Both the position numbers and the translations under genes were made by a program. From Dicyema japonicum (lineage: Eukaryota; Animalia; Dicyemida), in assembly GCA_011109175.1 (NCBI GenBank), contig RDEW01000060.1, positions 155,933 to 219,932 of the forward strand: 64,000 nt of DNA. Reading direction: 5' to 3'. Of the stretch, positions 63,069-64,000 are shown in pieces; position 1 is the stretch's first letter, and every line of letters starts with the position of its first letter. The notes below the pieces were generated by a model. It saw only the letters and a list, made by a program, of their open reading frames with translations. It had not been told where the DNA came from and ran no database searches.

Positions 63069-64000
63069 TTATTTGTAAATCAACGGTATAAAACTGAATG
63101 GAAGCACAGGGGCTGTTTTCTTCAGATCATGAGCATGCAAATAGCAACTCGCAGCCTTTTCATAGTCTCCATTGGATTCAAGTACTTTTCCTAAAAGTCC
63201 CCTATAAAAATCATACTAACAAATACCATGACTTGTGGTCAAGCGAGTCCAGTTTTACAGCTTCCCTGATGAAATTTTCAGCTTCTGAGAATTTTTCCAT
63301 CTCCAAGTAAGTCAAGCCCTTTAATAAACAAAAAATAAACTAGCTCATAGAGAATTTCACAATTTCTAGGATCCGCAGAGATTATATTCAGAAAGGACTC
63401 CAACGAAGCCTCAAGAAGACCACTGGAGCGTAATAAACGAGCTTTCTGAGAAATATGAACACATTTTACCAGCAAATGAAGACTCAGCATGTTCGGGTAT
63501 AAATTCCAGGCTTCCTTAATGCATGAGCTCACATCCTCAAATTTGTTGAGTTCCATGAAAATTTGAGCTTACATGAGGAAATATCCTACCAGTTCGTATC
63601 CAAATCTTAAATTCAAGCAGAGATTTCCGTGAACGGTCTAATTCAGCATCATCTATCCTAGAGGCCGAGTTCAAATCGTTAGAGTTCACAAAATTAATGT
63701 TACTGCCACTCGAGTCAGAGAATGTAAACTCAACCTCACAAAAGTTCCAGTCGTTCTCACTTAAATAAATTCAAATTGAGAACCAATTTTTGAACAAATT
63801 CAGCATTTGTGAACAGGTTTCCAACCCCGCAGAGTGATCGTTCTCCTCAGATTGGATGTAGCTCTTTATGAAGAAGAAACTAAAGATGGAAGGACCAAAG
63901 ATACTTGAGACTTCGTGGAAAGCGATAAACTGCCAAACCTATGACCTTGTAGGCCTCCTCGTAGTTTCTATTGGCGGTAAAAAGTAGAATCAACAAAGTG
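63069..64000 (-). CDS. TTC7: TTC7/Ypp1-like TPR protein, 3' part (runs off the window), with six 22-25 nt introns
   Basis: Removing GT-AG introns at 63880-63904, 63760-63783, 63568-63589, 63446-63469, 63319-63340 and 63202-63226 gives one frame: ...IWIRTAQIFMELNKFEDVSSCIKEAWNLYP...LYELGLTYLEMEKFSEAENFIREAVKLD...SWGLLGKVLESNGDYEKAASCYLHAHDLKKTAPVLPFSFIPLIYK*. It shows 34-aa TPR periodicity and a P-x-x-PF C-terminus as in TTC7/Ypp1. Confidence 0.85.

Overview
AT-rich eukaryotic DNA made mostly of transposon debris. It holds APE-type LINEs (Ingi/I-like, RTE), RLE-type R4/Dong-like and CRE-like retrotransposons, hAT Buster/GTF2IRD2-like transposons and a Ty3/gypsy remnant. The few host genes (TTC7/Ypp1-like, endosulfine, two TPX2-like copies, a DMXL-like fragment) are broken by ultra-short GT-AG introns of 22-26 nt, which the ORF track misses. 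They use the standard code and look animal-like, which suggests a reduced parasite such as a myxozoan or dicyemid; a large-genome microsporidian is less likely (inference). The main structures are: two large inverted segmental repeats (about 2.7 kb arms around 18 kb; about 1.5 kb arms around the endosulfine gene); a roughly 31 x 93-bp tandem array whose only stop-free frame encodes a 31-aa LRR-like repeat with localised variable residues; about 16 copies of a covarying LINE 3' stem-loop, often tail-to-tail; a 2A/StopGo-like motif before a LINE endonuclease; a decayed 28S rRNA fragment; and a tRNA-Asp-like pseudogene. The assembly has two N gaps and three single-N joins, so some duplications may be artefacts. 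All calls are by eye; no searches were run.
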